Origin: Vicinamibacteria bacterium
Lineage (GTDB): Bacteria > Acidobacteriota > Vicinamibacteria > Marinacidobacterales > Marinacidobacteraceae
Reading direction: 5' to 3'
DNA: 64,000 nt
NCBI GenBank assembly: GCA_963668695.2
Contig: CAXXLQ010000004.1
Coordinates: 1,920,001-1,984,000, forward strand
The notes below the pieces were generated by a model, which was given only the letters and a program-made list of their open reading frames with translations, had not been told where the DNA came from and searched no databases. How positions within the stretch are numbered: the stretch's first letter is position 1; each line of letters starts with the position of its first letter. The position numbers and the translations under genes were made by a program. This document shows, one piece after another, positions 1-9,285 of the stretch.

Positions 1-2302
1 CAGCCTCCCAGGTGGCGGTCGCCTCCTCGTAACGGCCGAGGCCCCCGAGCAGGTTGCCGAGGAGCAGGCGGGGGGCCGCCGACGCCGGGAGCATCTCGGC
101 CGCCGACCGCAACACCGGTAGCGACTCGGGACGCGACGGGAACGCGTAGTCGAGCGGCGCCCCGAGCGCCTCATCCCGGTAGCGTGCGGCCCGCTCGCCG
201 CGCGCCCACTCCGCCGCATGGAAGAGGAGCACCGGTCCGGGCTCGAACCCGCCGTCCGTTCGGAGTCCTTCGAGGACGTCGAGCGACACCTCGGACAGTC
301 CGAGTTCCGCGAGCTTCACCAGCAGTTCGGTGAACGCGAACTCCGGCTCACCGGCGAGCGCCGTCATCGCCCGTGCAGCCTCGGCCCGTCCTTGGCCGTC
401 CGCGGTATGGAGGCGGACCGCCCAGGGGATCAGCTCGACGGTCCCCCGTTCGATCATTCGATTGGCGAGCTCCGCGGCCCTCTCGGTGGCCCCCGCGCTG
501 AGGAGGGCGAGCGGCAGCAGGTCGGGTCCGGCACGCCTGAGCGCCGCGATCGCCCTCCGGGCCTCGCCCTGCCGGACCTGCGCCCGGCCGATCAATCGCC
601 AGGCCGGGGTGTCCACGCCGGCCAGCTTCGTGGCCAGGTAGGCCGAGTCGAGCGCGCCCTCATCGTCGCCCAGCCGATAGCGGGCGACCGCGTGGAGGAA
701 ACGGGCGAACCCGTGCTCGGGATCAGCGGCCGCGACCCCCGCGAGCCGGTCGGATGCCTCCTCGTCCAACCCGGCCTTCAGATCCAGCACCGCGAGTCCC
801 ATCGCGGCGTCCACATGACCCGGGGCGATCGCCAGGGCGCGCTCATAGAGCCGGCGCGCCACCGCCCGATTGAGATCCTTGTCGGCGCGCTCGGCGGCCT
901 GAAACGCCTCCTCCGCGTTCGCCGGCTCAGTCGCCTCGGCGAGCGGCGGGGGCTCCTCGACAGGCACCTCGAGCGGAGACCGGTACGAAAGGACACGCCT
1001 CTCGCCAGCGGTCACCGCCACTTCGATCGATCCCTCCGGCGCGCCCGGCCATTCGACGGTTGCGACCGCTTCCGGGGTCAGGTCCAGCGTTTCGGAGTGT
1101 TCGGCCCCACTGCCGCTGAGCCGGACAGTCGCCCCGGGCAGCGCCCTGGTGGCGAGGAAGAGGAAACTGGTCCCGCCGTCATCCGCGATCCGTTCCGCGA
1201 CCAGCTCGGGAGTTGCATATTCGAAGCCTTCCCCGAGCCCGAAGATCGGCGTCCACTGCTCGCGCCAGAAGACCTCCTGGCTCGGGTACACCCAGGCGTA
1301 GTCGGACTGGGTGGGCAGCGGCCCGCTCTGGACCTCGATGTAGGGGCCGTCCTCGTCGGTCAGCGCCCGCTGGTTCATCATTCCGTCGTCGCCCTGTCCC
1401 CAGGTCCAGCCCTTCTTGCCGGGAAGCTCCCGGTGGTCGGCGGTTTGCACAATTCCTCGGTCGTCCCCGGAGTCGTAGGCCCCGAAGAAGTCGTGGACCG
1501 CGCGGTAGGCGAAGATGGAAGTCGGCTCGGGATAGTTGGGGAGGCGGGTCATGTCCACCCCGTTGTCCTCCGGGAAGCGGTAGAAGGTGGTACCGAAGTG
1601 ATCGGAGGCGAGCGACATCGGGTAGATGAAGCGCGTGCCGTCCCGCTGCGGGAAGGCGGTGTTGTTCCAGAAGTAGTAGGGGTAGGGGAGATCGGTCGGG
1701 TTGAAAATGCGGATCTCCTGGTCGAGCCGCGCCACCCCCGGCCTGAGCGTCAGGCGAACCTCCCAGCCGGTCCGGAAGGTCTGCTCCACCTCGCCGATCA
1801 CCAGGGTTGCCGAACCGTCCTCGTTCTGAACGCCGGTGACGTTGACGGGGGAGTAGCTGGTGACGGTGTGTCCCTGGGGTCCCCGGTTCCACTCGATCCC
1901 GCCCGAGACCCAGGCGCCGCGAAGCGCGATCAGGCCGGGGCGGATGACCCGGTTGTTGTAGAACATCTGCTCGTTCTCGCGCTTGTCGAGGACCCACTGG
2001 ATGCGTCCCCCGATCTCCGGGAGGCAGGCGACCTTGAGGTACTCGTTCTCGAGGAAGAAGGCGCGCCAGGTGTGGTCCGCCCGCTCCGAGCCGAGGTTGT
2101 CCTGCATCGTGTAGGGATAGACGATGGAATCGTCGGTCTCGCGGAACTGCGGGTTCGGGTCGTCGGGCAGGAGCGCGTAGCTCGGGAGCGTCAGTTCTCC
2201 TTCCCAGACACGAACCGCTTCCTGGGCCGCCGCGGGAACCGAAACGGCAAGCGAGAACAGGAGAACTGCGGTCCGCAGGGTCTTCGTCTTGCGGGGGAAC
2301 AT
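1..2302 (-). CDS. DUF5107-type/TPR-containing secreted protein (runs off window start)
   Basis: Not in ORF track. Manual translation from ATG at 2302 gives MFPRKTKTLRTAVLLFSLAVSVPAAAQEAVRVWEGELTLPSY..IVYPY..LENEYL..GGIEWN, i.e. signal peptide plus DUF5107-like motifs; GAGGTG RBS upstream. Confidence 0.75.
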   Translation of the reverse strand, partial: MFPRKTKTLRTAVLLFSLAVSVPAAAQEAVRVWEGELTLPSYALLPDDPNPQFRETDDSIVYPYTMQDNLGSERADHTWRAFFLENEYLKVACLPEIGGRIQWVLDKRENEQMFYNNRVIRPGLIALRGAWVSGGIEWNRGPQGHTVTSYSPVNVTGVQNEDGSATLVIGEVEQTFRTGWEVRLTLRPGVARLDQEIRIFNPTDLPYPYYFWNNTAFPQRDGTRFIYPMSLASDHFGTTFYRFPEDNGVDMTRLPNYPEPTSIFAYRAVHDFFGAYDSGDDRGIVQTADHRELPGKKGWTWGQGDDGMMNQRALTDEDGPYIEVQSGPLPTQSDYAWVYPSQEVFWREQWTPIFGLGEGFEYATPELVAERIADDGGTSFLFLATRALPGATVRLSGSGAEHSETLDLTPEAVATVEWPGAPEGSIEVAVTAGERRVLSYRSPLEVPVEEPPPLAEATEPANAEEAFQAAERADKDLNRAVARRLYERALAIAPGHVDAAMGLAVLDLKAGLDEEASDRLAGVAAADPEHGFARFLHAVARYRLGDDEGALDSAYLATKLAGVDTPAWRLIGRAQVRQGEARRAIAALRRAGPDLLPLALLSAGATERAAELANRMIERGTVELIPWAVRLHTADGQGRAEAARAMTALAGEPEFAFTELLVKLAELGLSEVSLDVLEGLRTDGGFEPGPVLLFHAAEWARGERAARYRDEALGAPLDYAFPSRPESLPVLRSAAEMLPASAAPRLLLGNLLGGLGRYEEATATWEA

Positions 2303-2542
2303 GGTGGTCACCTCACCTGGGTTGGGGGAGGCTACACGGCCTGGATCGACTCCCGGGCGAGGTTGCTCCGAAGGGACCGCCTGCCTCTGGCCGGCATCGT
2401 CCGCCGGAGGCTGGCGAAACGAGCGATGTTCCCGTTTCGGTGGCGCTACTGCGATGCTGCCAATCCCTCCCCAGGACCAGGAAGTACGGATTGGCGACGC
2501 GCCTGGCATCCCGGGCGGTAGGCTGAGGTGGCGATTGGACGC

Positions 2543-2941
2543 TCAGTTCAGCGTGTCGGCTAACCCCGAGGCGATGATGCGGTGGTCCTGGGTAAGGAGA
2601 GTGGCTCCGAGCACCCGTGCCGTCGCGACCAGAATCCTGTCCGCCGGGTCCCGATGAAAGGTGTCCGGCAGCGCCGCCAGTTCTGCTGCGATCGCCGGCG
2701 TGACACCCTGCCGCCGGACCAGGGGAGGAGCCACGGCTTTCTCCAGCCACTGCCGTAGAGGCATCGAGATGCGGATGCGTCCGAGGTCGTACAAGGTCGC
2801 CACTTCCCAGAGCGAGATGTCGGACACCAGGAGCGGTGCGTCGGCGCCGGCCGCCGTTACCACGTTCCGTTGCGCAGCGGATAGCCGACTCGGATCCGTC
2901 AGCCACCAGATGAGGACATGGGTATCGAGCAGCGCGTTCAC
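2543..2941 (-). CDS. vapC: PIN-domain (VapC-family) toxin
   Basis: LLDTHVLIWW, ISLWEV and HRDPADRILVATA PIN motifs; overlaps antitoxin stop. Confidence 0.92.
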   Translation of the reverse strand: MNALLDTHVLIWWLTDPSRLSAAQRNVVTAAGADAPLLVSDISLWEVATLYDLGRIRISMPLRQWLEKAVAPPLVRRQGVTPAIAAELAALPDTFHRDPADRILVATARVLGATLLTQDHRIIASGLADTLN

Positions 2942-3177
2942 CGTGCGAGGCTCTCCCAGTGATCCTCCGGAACGGCCGGCCCCAAGATGTCGCCGGTGAC
3001 GGTAACCGTTCCCTTCAACTCCGACTGGGGATATCCAGCGCGATCCCGGGTCACGGGGCCGAGTTCGGCCACCGGCTGGCCACGCTTCAGAATGACGAGG
3101 CGCTCACCGGTCGCGCACACATGGTCCAGAATCGCCAGGCAACGGGCCTTGAAGTCGGAAGCACGGATAGTTTCCAT
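2938..3177 (-). CDS. Phd/YefM-family antitoxin
   Basis: METIRASDFKARCLAILD..LVILKRGQPVAEL; ATG 3177 preferred because of promoter geometry. Confidence 0.9.
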   Translation of the reverse strand: METIRASDFKARCLAILDHVCATGERLVILKRGQPVAELGPVTRDRAGYPQSELKGTVTVTGDILGPAVPEDHWESLAR

Positions 3178-3178
3178 A

Positions 3179-3212
3179 TGACCAGTATTCACGACTGGTC
3201 ACATATTGTCAA
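3179..3212 (-). promoter_or_regulatory. Sigma70-type promoter with overlapping operator palindrome of the TA operon
   Basis: Minus strand reads TTGACA-17nt-AATACT-6nt-ATG; perfect IR TGACCAGT-N7-ACTGGTCA at 3179-3201. Confidence 0.7.
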
Positions 3213-3363
3213 GGCATGAGCGTTCGCCACGGGAATGCGTTCGCTGGACCGCGCTCCGCGCGGAGCGCGCGATGCGTGGTTTCGCCAACGTTCGGCTGGC
3301 GACTCCGGCCAGAGGCCGGCGTCCCCTGACCGGCACCCTCACGGGCAGTCGGCTATCCGCGCT

Positions 3364-4032
3364 CTACGGAACGAATCGGAGGGGACGGAAGACCTCTGGT
3401 ACGTGGAAGCTGGGGCTGCCGGTCGGGGACCAGGCGGCGAAGACGGCGCCTTCTTCCGGCGCTTCGGGGCCGCCGGGCCGCTTGATGCGGAAGATGTTGA
3501 AGGGGAATTCGGAACCTGGAGCCGGCGGACCGGGCAGGTCGAGCCCCTCCCAGGGGAAGAACAGCGTGCCGATCCAGGCCCCGTCCGCATCCGAAACCGC
3601 GGTCTGCATCCCGGTGACCGAGAACCCCCGGTCCATGCGCCCGATCGGGTCGGAAGCGACTTCCCCCGGCCCGAGCTTCCGCAGATCGCAGACCACGTTC
3701 GCCGGGTTCAGCTCCACCTCGACGTAGCGCCCGTCACTCAGCGGGTCGAGGAAGATTTCGACCACTTCCTCCTCCCAGAGCGGATCGTCGCGGTTCGTCA
3801 TGGTGAACCACGGCCCGTCGTCCTCGGACTCGAATCGAAGGTGGAGTCCCCTCTCGCTCCAGAGCGCCCGGAACCGGGTGCGGTAGGGCGCGGCCCCCCA
3901 GACCACTTCCCGGGCGTCCTCCCATGCCGCAGCACCCGGGGACAGCAGGGCGGCCGGATCGGCCGAGGTCCGTTGGGCTTCGTAGGCGGGGGAGGTCTGC
4001 AACATGAGGGCGGCGAGGATCAGCGAAGGCAT
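3364..4032 (-). CDS. Carbohydrate-binding family 9-like protein
   Basis: Signal peptide; LWEEEVVEIFLDP, YVEVELNPAN, FNIFRI, AWSPTG..FH motifs. Confidence 0.8.
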   Translation of the reverse strand: MPSLILAALMLQTSPAYEAQRTSADPAALLSPGAAAWEDAREVVWGAAPYRTRFRALWSERGLHLRFESEDDGPWFTMTNRDDPLWEEEVVEIFLDPLSDGRYVEVELNPANVVCDLRKLGPGEVASDPIGRMDRGFSVTGMQTAVSDADGAWIGTLFFPWEGLDLPGPPAPGSEFPFNIFRIKRPGGPEAPEEGAVFAAWSPTGSPSFHVPEVFRPLRFVP

Positions 4033-4340
4033 CGGTCCGGGGAATCCTTACGCACTTCCTGCGGGTCCTCATGATGGAGCAAGCGCCCGTCCGGGGCCCA
4101 CGGCCTGCCCATCTTCTCCAGCGGACGTTTGCACCAGTCCATCTTGGCCGGAATCCTTGCGCCCGGTCGAGTTGGCGGCGAGGGACCACTTCCGACGGGC
4201 TCCGGCGCGGAGCGCCGCACGCGGTTTCCCGGGGAGGCCTCGGACCGGCGCTCCGCGGCTGTCCGTGCGCGGTGCGTATCATCCAAGAATCCGCCGGCCG
4301 CGCGACGACTGGCCGGCGCCTATCGACAGGAGGCGGATGG

Positions 4341-6050
4341 ATGCGCAGGAAACGACTCTTCCTGACCCTGGCGGCTGCGGGGCTGGGACTCGAGCTGTTG
4401 CTCGGTCCAGCGCTCCGCGGACCGGCCGAAGGCGCTGGTATGAGCGTCAACGGCATGGTGGTGACTTCTCACCCGCTCGCCGCACAGGCCGGGCTCCGGA
4501 TGCTGCAGGCGGGAGGCAACGCCTTCGACGCGGCGGTGGCGAGCGCGGCGGTGCTCGCCGTAGTGGAGCCGCTCATGTCCGGGCTGGGCGGCGTCGGCGG
4601 CTACGCGCTGATCTACGACGCCGAGAAAGCGGAAGTCCGGTCGGTGGATTTCATCGGCGCCGCGCCCGCCGCTGCGGACCCCGAAGCGTTCACGGCGGGA
4701 AGCCGCCTCTGGGATCGGAGCCACCCCGCCCGTGACAGCTTCATGGCGCCGCTCGTCCCCGGGAACCTCGCGGGTTGGGCGGCTCTGCTCGAGGAGTACG
4801 GCTCGATGTCCTGGGCGGAGGTGCTGGCGCCGGCGATCGAGTACGCCGAAGGGGGTTTCGCCGTCAGCCCGGCGGTCCATGGACCCTTCGGGACCAGCGG
4901 TTTCGGCGCCGATGTGGCCCGCTATCCCTATGGCGCGAGCATCTTCTTCAAGGGCGGGAAGCCCTGGCCGGTGGGCGAGGTGCTGAAGCAGCCCGACCTG
5001 GCGAAGACCTTCCAGGCCATCGCGGAGAGCGGACCCGAGGTCCTCTACGGCGGGGCGGTTGCGGAAACCGTGGTGGACTTCTTCCAAAGCAACGGCGGCA
5101 TCCTCACCGTGGAGGACTTTGCGAACTACCGGGCGCGCTGGAGCGAGCCGCTCTCGATCACCTACCGCGGCTACACGGTGTACAGCCAGCCTCCGGGCGG
5201 TTCGGGACTGACCGTGCTGCAGACGCTCAAAATCCTCGAGCAGTTCGACGTGGCGGCGCTCGAACACAACTCCGAGGAGTTCATCCACCTGGTCGCCGAG
5301 GCGATGAAGCTCGCCTTCGTGGACGAGGACACCTACAACACCGGGAAGGACTACGCCGACATCCCGCTCGACCGGCTGCTCTCGAAGGAGTACGCGGCGC
5401 AGCAGGCGGAACGGATCGATCTGTCGCGGGCGCAGTTCCACGCGGCCGTACGCCCCGCGAGCGACGCGCCCACCGCAGTGGAGCACACCACCCACCACAC
5501 CGTGGTGGACAAGGACCACAACGTGGTGACGATCACCCAGACACTGATGCTGCCTGCAGGCGTGGTGGTCCCGGAGACCGGCATCATCTTCAACAACGGC
5601 ATGTCCTACTTCAGCCTCGATCCGGAGAGCGTGAACCTCATCGAGGGCGGCCAGCGACCGCGCTTCGTCATGAGCCCCACGATCGTGACCCGCTACGACA
5701 AGCCCTATTTCGCCCTCGGGTCGGCGGGCGGCTGGACGATTCCCCAGACCATTCTGCAGGTGCTGGTACGGGCGCTCGATTACGAGATGGACGCTCCGGC
5801 GGCAGTGACCGCTCCGCGTTTCGTGGTGCGCTACCTCGCGAACTCGATTCCCTATATGGACGGAACGGACCTCGTACTCGAGAAGGACTTCTCTGACGAG
5901 GTGAGGGAAGCCCTGAATGCGAAAGGGCATCGCCTCCGGGAACCCCCGAGCCGCATCGGGATGCTGAACGCGATCAAGATCTATCCGGGTTCCGGAGTCC
6001 TTTCGGGGGGCCCGGACAAGCGCCGCGAGGGGCACGCGGCCGGCTGGTGA
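4341..6050 (+). CDS. ggt: Gamma-glutamyltransferase family Ntn-hydrolase
   Basis: GGNAFDAAVA, EPLMSGLGG, catalytic TTH, D-RREG C-terminus; AGGAGG RBS before ATG 4341. Confidence 0.9.
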   Translation: MRRKRLFLTLAAAGLGLELLLGPALRGPAEGAGMSVNGMVVTSHPLAAQAGLRMLQAGGNAFDAAVASAAVLAVVEPLMSGLGGVGGYALIYDAEKAEVRSVDFIGAAPAAADPEAFTAGSRLWDRSHPARDSFMAPLVPGNLAGWAALLEEYGSMSWAEVLAPAIEYAEGGFAVSPAVHGPFGTSGFGADVARYPYGASIFFKGGKPWPVGEVLKQPDLAKTFQAIAESGPEVLYGGAVAETVVDFFQSNGGILTVEDFANYRARWSEPLSITYRGYTVYSQPPGGSGLTVLQTLKILEQFDVAALEHNSEEFIHLVAEAMKLAFVDEDTYNTGKDYADIPLDRLLSKEYAAQQAERIDLSRAQFHAAVRPASDAPTAVEHTTHHTVVDKDHNVVTITQTLMLPAGVVVPETGIIFNNGMSYFSLDPESVNLIEGGQRPRFVMSPTIVTRYDKPYFALGSAGGWTIPQTILQVLVRALDYEMDAPAAVTAPRFVVRYLANSIPYMDGTDLVLEKDFSDEVREALNAKGHRLREPPSRIGMLNAIKIYPGSGVLSGGPDKRREGHAAGW

Positions 6051-7750
6051 ACCTGCGTTTTCTCGTCGTCGCCGGTTTCCTCGGGTTCGCCGCCTGCGCT
6101 CCGGAGGTGCCCGAAACCCGCATCGAGGTCTCCTTCCCTGCCGAACTCCACGAAGGGCGGATCACCGGCCGCGCCTATGTGGTTATCGGCACCGAGCCCG
6201 ACATCGCAGCGATCCGGCAGCGGAGCCTGGGACACCAGCCGGTTTCGAACGCGGGCGGGGTTCCCTTCTTCGCTGTGGATGTGGAGGGACTTGAGCCGGG
6301 AGAACCCGCGGTCCTTGACGCCTCCACGCTCGGATACCCGGTAGAAAGCCTCGCCGAGCTCCCTGCCGGCGACTACTACCTCCAGGCGCTCCTCGCCGTC
6401 TATACCGAGTTTCGCCGCGCCGACGGCCACGTGATCCGGGCTCATCGGGACGAGTGGGAGGGGCAGCACTTCAACTGGGCCCCCGGCACCCTGCTCAGCG
6501 ATGCGCAGCGAGTGCGGCTCGACGCCGCGAGCGGATTTTCGGTCCGGCTGCGACTCGTCGAAGAGTTGCCGGCGGTGGTGGTCCCGCCCGATGACGAATG
6601 GGTGCGGCGGGTGAAGATCGAGAGCCCGCTGCTGAGTGAGTTCTGGGGCCAGCCGGTCTTTTTGGGCGCGACGGTGCTGCTCCCCGACGGCTACGACGCC
6701 CACCCGGAAACCTTCTACCCCACGGTGTACCAACAGGGCCACTTCAGCCTGGCGCCGGCCTTCGGTTTTGCGACCGAGCCGGTGGAGGAATCGTCTGCCG
6801 CGCGCGCCGCGCGGCAAGCGCGCGGGGTCGAAAACGGCTTCGAGTTCTTCGAGTCATGGCGCTCACCGGGCTTCCCGCGGATGATCGGCGTCACTTTCCA
6901 GCACCCGACCCCTTACTTCGACGACTCCTACGCGGTGAACTCGGCGAACAACGGGCCGTACCAGGACGCCCTCATGACCGAGCTGATCCCGCATCTCGAG
7001 GAGCAGTTCCGCATGATTCCCAAAGGGTGGGCGCGCCTGCTGACCGGAGGTTCGACCGGGGGATACGAGGCGCTCGCGCTGCAGGCCCACCGACCCACCG
7101 ATTTCGGCGGCGCCTGGGTCTTCTACCCGGACCCCATCGATTTCCGGCGGCTCTTCCTGGTCAACATCTACGAGGACGAAAACGCGTTCCACGCTCCCGG
7201 CTGGAGTGAAGGCCAGCTTGCTCCGGAGCGCACCGCGTTCCGGTCGGACGAGGGGCAACCCCTCCAGAGCATCCGCGAACTGAGCCTGCTGGCGGCGGTG
7301 CTCGGCAGCCGGGGCAGGTCCACCGACTACCTGGAAGCCTGGGAGGCGTCCTTCGGGCCGGTGGGCGAGGACGGCTATCCGCGGCCGCTCTGGAACAAAC
7401 GGACCGGCGCCATCGACCACGAGGTCGCACGTTACTGGCGGGAAAACGGGTACGACCTGCGTTACTACCTGGAGGCGAACTGGACGGAGATCGGCCCCGA
7501 CCTGGTGGGCAAGCTGCACTTCCTCTGCGGGGACATGGACAACTACTACTTCAACCACCCCGTAAACCTCATGGAGGAGTTTCTCGAGGCCACCGACAAC
7601 CCCGCCTACGGAGGTTCTTTCCGCTACGGCCGGCCGAACAAGGGACACGGTTGGACGCCGATCACGAACGCCGAACTCCTGCGGGAGATGGCGGCGCACG
7701 TCACGGAGAACGTGCCGGCCGGCGCCGACACCCGCAGGTGGAAGTACTGA
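6047..7750 (+). CDS. Alpha/beta-hydrolase (esterase-like) lipoprotein
   Basis: Lipobox FAAC, GGSTGG nucleophile motif, GDMD and GHG acid/His motifs. Confidence 0.8.
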   Translation: MNLRFLVVAGFLGFAACAPEVPETRIEVSFPAELHEGRITGRAYVVIGTEPDIAAIRQRSLGHQPVSNAGGVPFFAVDVEGLEPGEPAVLDASTLGYPVESLAELPAGDYYLQALLAVYTEFRRADGHVIRAHRDEWEGQHFNWAPGTLLSDAQRVRLDAASGFSVRLRLVEELPAVVVPPDDEWVRRVKIESPLLSEFWGQPVFLGATVLLPDGYDAHPETFYPTVYQQGHFSLAPAFGFATEPVEESSAARAARQARGVENGFEFFESWRSPGFPRMIGVTFQHPTPYFDDSYAVNSANNGPYQDALMTELIPHLEEQFRMIPKGWARLLTGGSTGGYEALALQAHRPTDFGGAWVFYPDPIDFRRLFLVNIYEDENAFHAPGWSEGQLAPERTAFRSDEGQPLQSIRELSLLAAVLGSRGRSTDYLEAWEASFGPVGEDGYPRPLWNKRTGAIDHEVARYWRENGYDLRYYLEANWTEIGPDLVGKLHFLCGDMDNYYFNHPVNLMEEFLEATDNPAYGGSFRYGRPNKGHGWTPITNAELLREMAAHVTENVPAGADTRRWKY

Positions 7751-7812
7751 TCGGCCCTGCCAGGTTGATTTGTTGCTAACGCCGCGGGCGGCGCCGGAAT
7801 CGGCTCGGAAAC

Positions 7813-9069
7813 GTGCCTGACACGGAGGCACTCCGCGGCTTCCACCGACAGCGGCTGCTGCTGACGGCGCTCCTTTTCGTCGGCTACGCCGGCTACTACC
7901 TCGGCCGGGTAACCGTTCCGGTGGCGTTGCCGGCGATCGGCGACGCCTTCGACTATTCGAACACCCAGACCGGCCTGATCCTGTCCGTGTACTTCGCGGC
8001 GTACGCGGCTTCGAAGCTCCTGAACGGCTTCCTCGGCGACCGGGTCGGCGGGAAGGCGATGTTCTTCGTCGGCGTTTTCGGCTCCGCCCTGATGAACGCG
8101 GTGTTCGGGTTCGGCCAGGAACTCCTGTTCTTCGTGGTGATCTGGGGGATCAACGCGTACTTCCAGACCATGGGCTGGCTGGCCATCATGCCCATCCTGG
8201 CCCGCTGGTACCCCAGCCGCGAGAGCGGCCGGGTGACTGGATTCATGTCGATCAGCTACCAGCTCGGGGACTTCCTGGCCCGCGCGTCCGCTGCGGTCGT
8301 GATCGTGGCGCTTGGCTGGTCCGGACTCTTCTGGGCGCACGCCGCGCTACTGGCGCTCCTTGGGGTGGCGCTCTACCGTTTCGTGAGGCCGCAGCCGCCG
8401 GCCGCGTCCCGGCACAAGGCGCCGGTGACGACGGCGCCGGCTCCTTCCGAAAACGCGGGGGCCGGATGGTGGCGCCGCCGGATGCTCTCCAGCCCTGCGT
8501 TCTGGATCATGTGCACGAGCTACCTGTTCCTCTCCATCATCCGCTACAGCTTCTGGGGCTGGTCGGTGGGCTATCTCGTCCAGGCTGGCGCCGGCATCGG
8601 CGCGGCGGCAGCCGCCTCCGCGGTCTTCCCGCTACTCGGCTCGGCCGGGTCGATCACCGCCGGGTGGGTTTCGGACCGTCTCGGCGCCCGGCGAGGTCCC
8701 GTCCTCGCGGTCCTGTGCGCCGCCCTGACTCTTTCGATCTACGGGTTCAGCCGCTTGCCGGCCGACGAGACACTGTGGATTGCGGCGGCGCTCGGCCTCG
8801 TCGGCTTCACGCTCTATGGCCCGTATTCGCTGATGTCCGGAGCGATGGTGATGGACTTCGGGGGGAAGGAAGCCGCGGCTTCCGCTTCCGGGATCGTGGA
8901 CATGATCGGGGCGGCGGGCGCCATCTTCACGGGGGTTGGAATGGGGTACATGATCGAGACCTACGGTTGGAACGGCGCGTTTGGCATCATCGTGGCGATG
9001 GCTGCCGTCGCAACCTTCCTGAGCTTCTTGCTCTGGAACCACAAACCGCTGCGCGCCGACGGCGGCTGA
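7813..9069 (+). CDS. MFS transporter (GlpT/UhpT-like)
   Basis: About 12 hydrophobic segments, GFLGDRVG and GWVSDRLG motif A copies, GYAGYYLGR N-terminus. Confidence 0.88.
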   Translation: MPDTEALRGFHRQRLLLTALLFVGYAGYYLGRVTVPVALPAIGDAFDYSNTQTGLILSVYFAAYAASKLLNGFLGDRVGGKAMFFVGVFGSALMNAVFGFGQELLFFVVIWGINAYFQTMGWLAIMPILARWYPSRESGRVTGFMSISYQLGDFLARASAAVVIVALGWSGLFWAHAALLALLGVALYRFVRPQPPAASRHKAPVTTAPAPSENAGAGWWRRRMLSSPAFWIMCTSYLFLSIIRYSFWGWSVGYLVQAGAGIGAAAAASAVFPLLGSAGSITAGWVSDRLGARRGPVLAVLCAALTLSIYGFSRLPADETLWIAAALGLVGFTLYGPYSLMSGAMVMDFGGKEAAASASGIVDMIGAAGAIFTGVGMGYMIETYGWNGAFGIIVAMAAVATFLSFLLWNHKPLRADGG

Positions 9070-9081
9070 TCCGGAGGGGCA

Positions 9082-9280
9082 ACAGCCTGTGGACAAGGTC
9101 ATGCGGCCCAGTTCTCCCGGTGGGGGCTCGAGCGGCGATCCATCCCGGCTGAAGCACTTCGCTTCGCTTCGTTCGTCGTTGCGCTTCGGTCGAAATACAC
9201 TCGGTATTCCTCCCTCGCGCGCCTTGTCACCCGGGCGCCTCGCCGCTCTCGGCGCTCACGTCACCTTGTCCACAGGCTGT
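9082..9280. mobile_element. MITE-like element, body A (one 18-nt module)
   Basis: Perfect 19-bp IR AACAGCCTGTGGACAAGGT/ACCTTGTCCACAGGCTGTT; core CGTTGCGCTTCGGTCGAAATACAC..GTATTCCTCCCTCGCGCGCCTTG. Confidence 0.8.
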
Positions 9281-9285
9281 TAACG

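Noticed and set aside
218-2521. 767-aa plus-strand ORF
   Set aside because: Antisense shadow of the minus-strand DUF5107-type gene, which has a signal peptide, RBS and family motifs.
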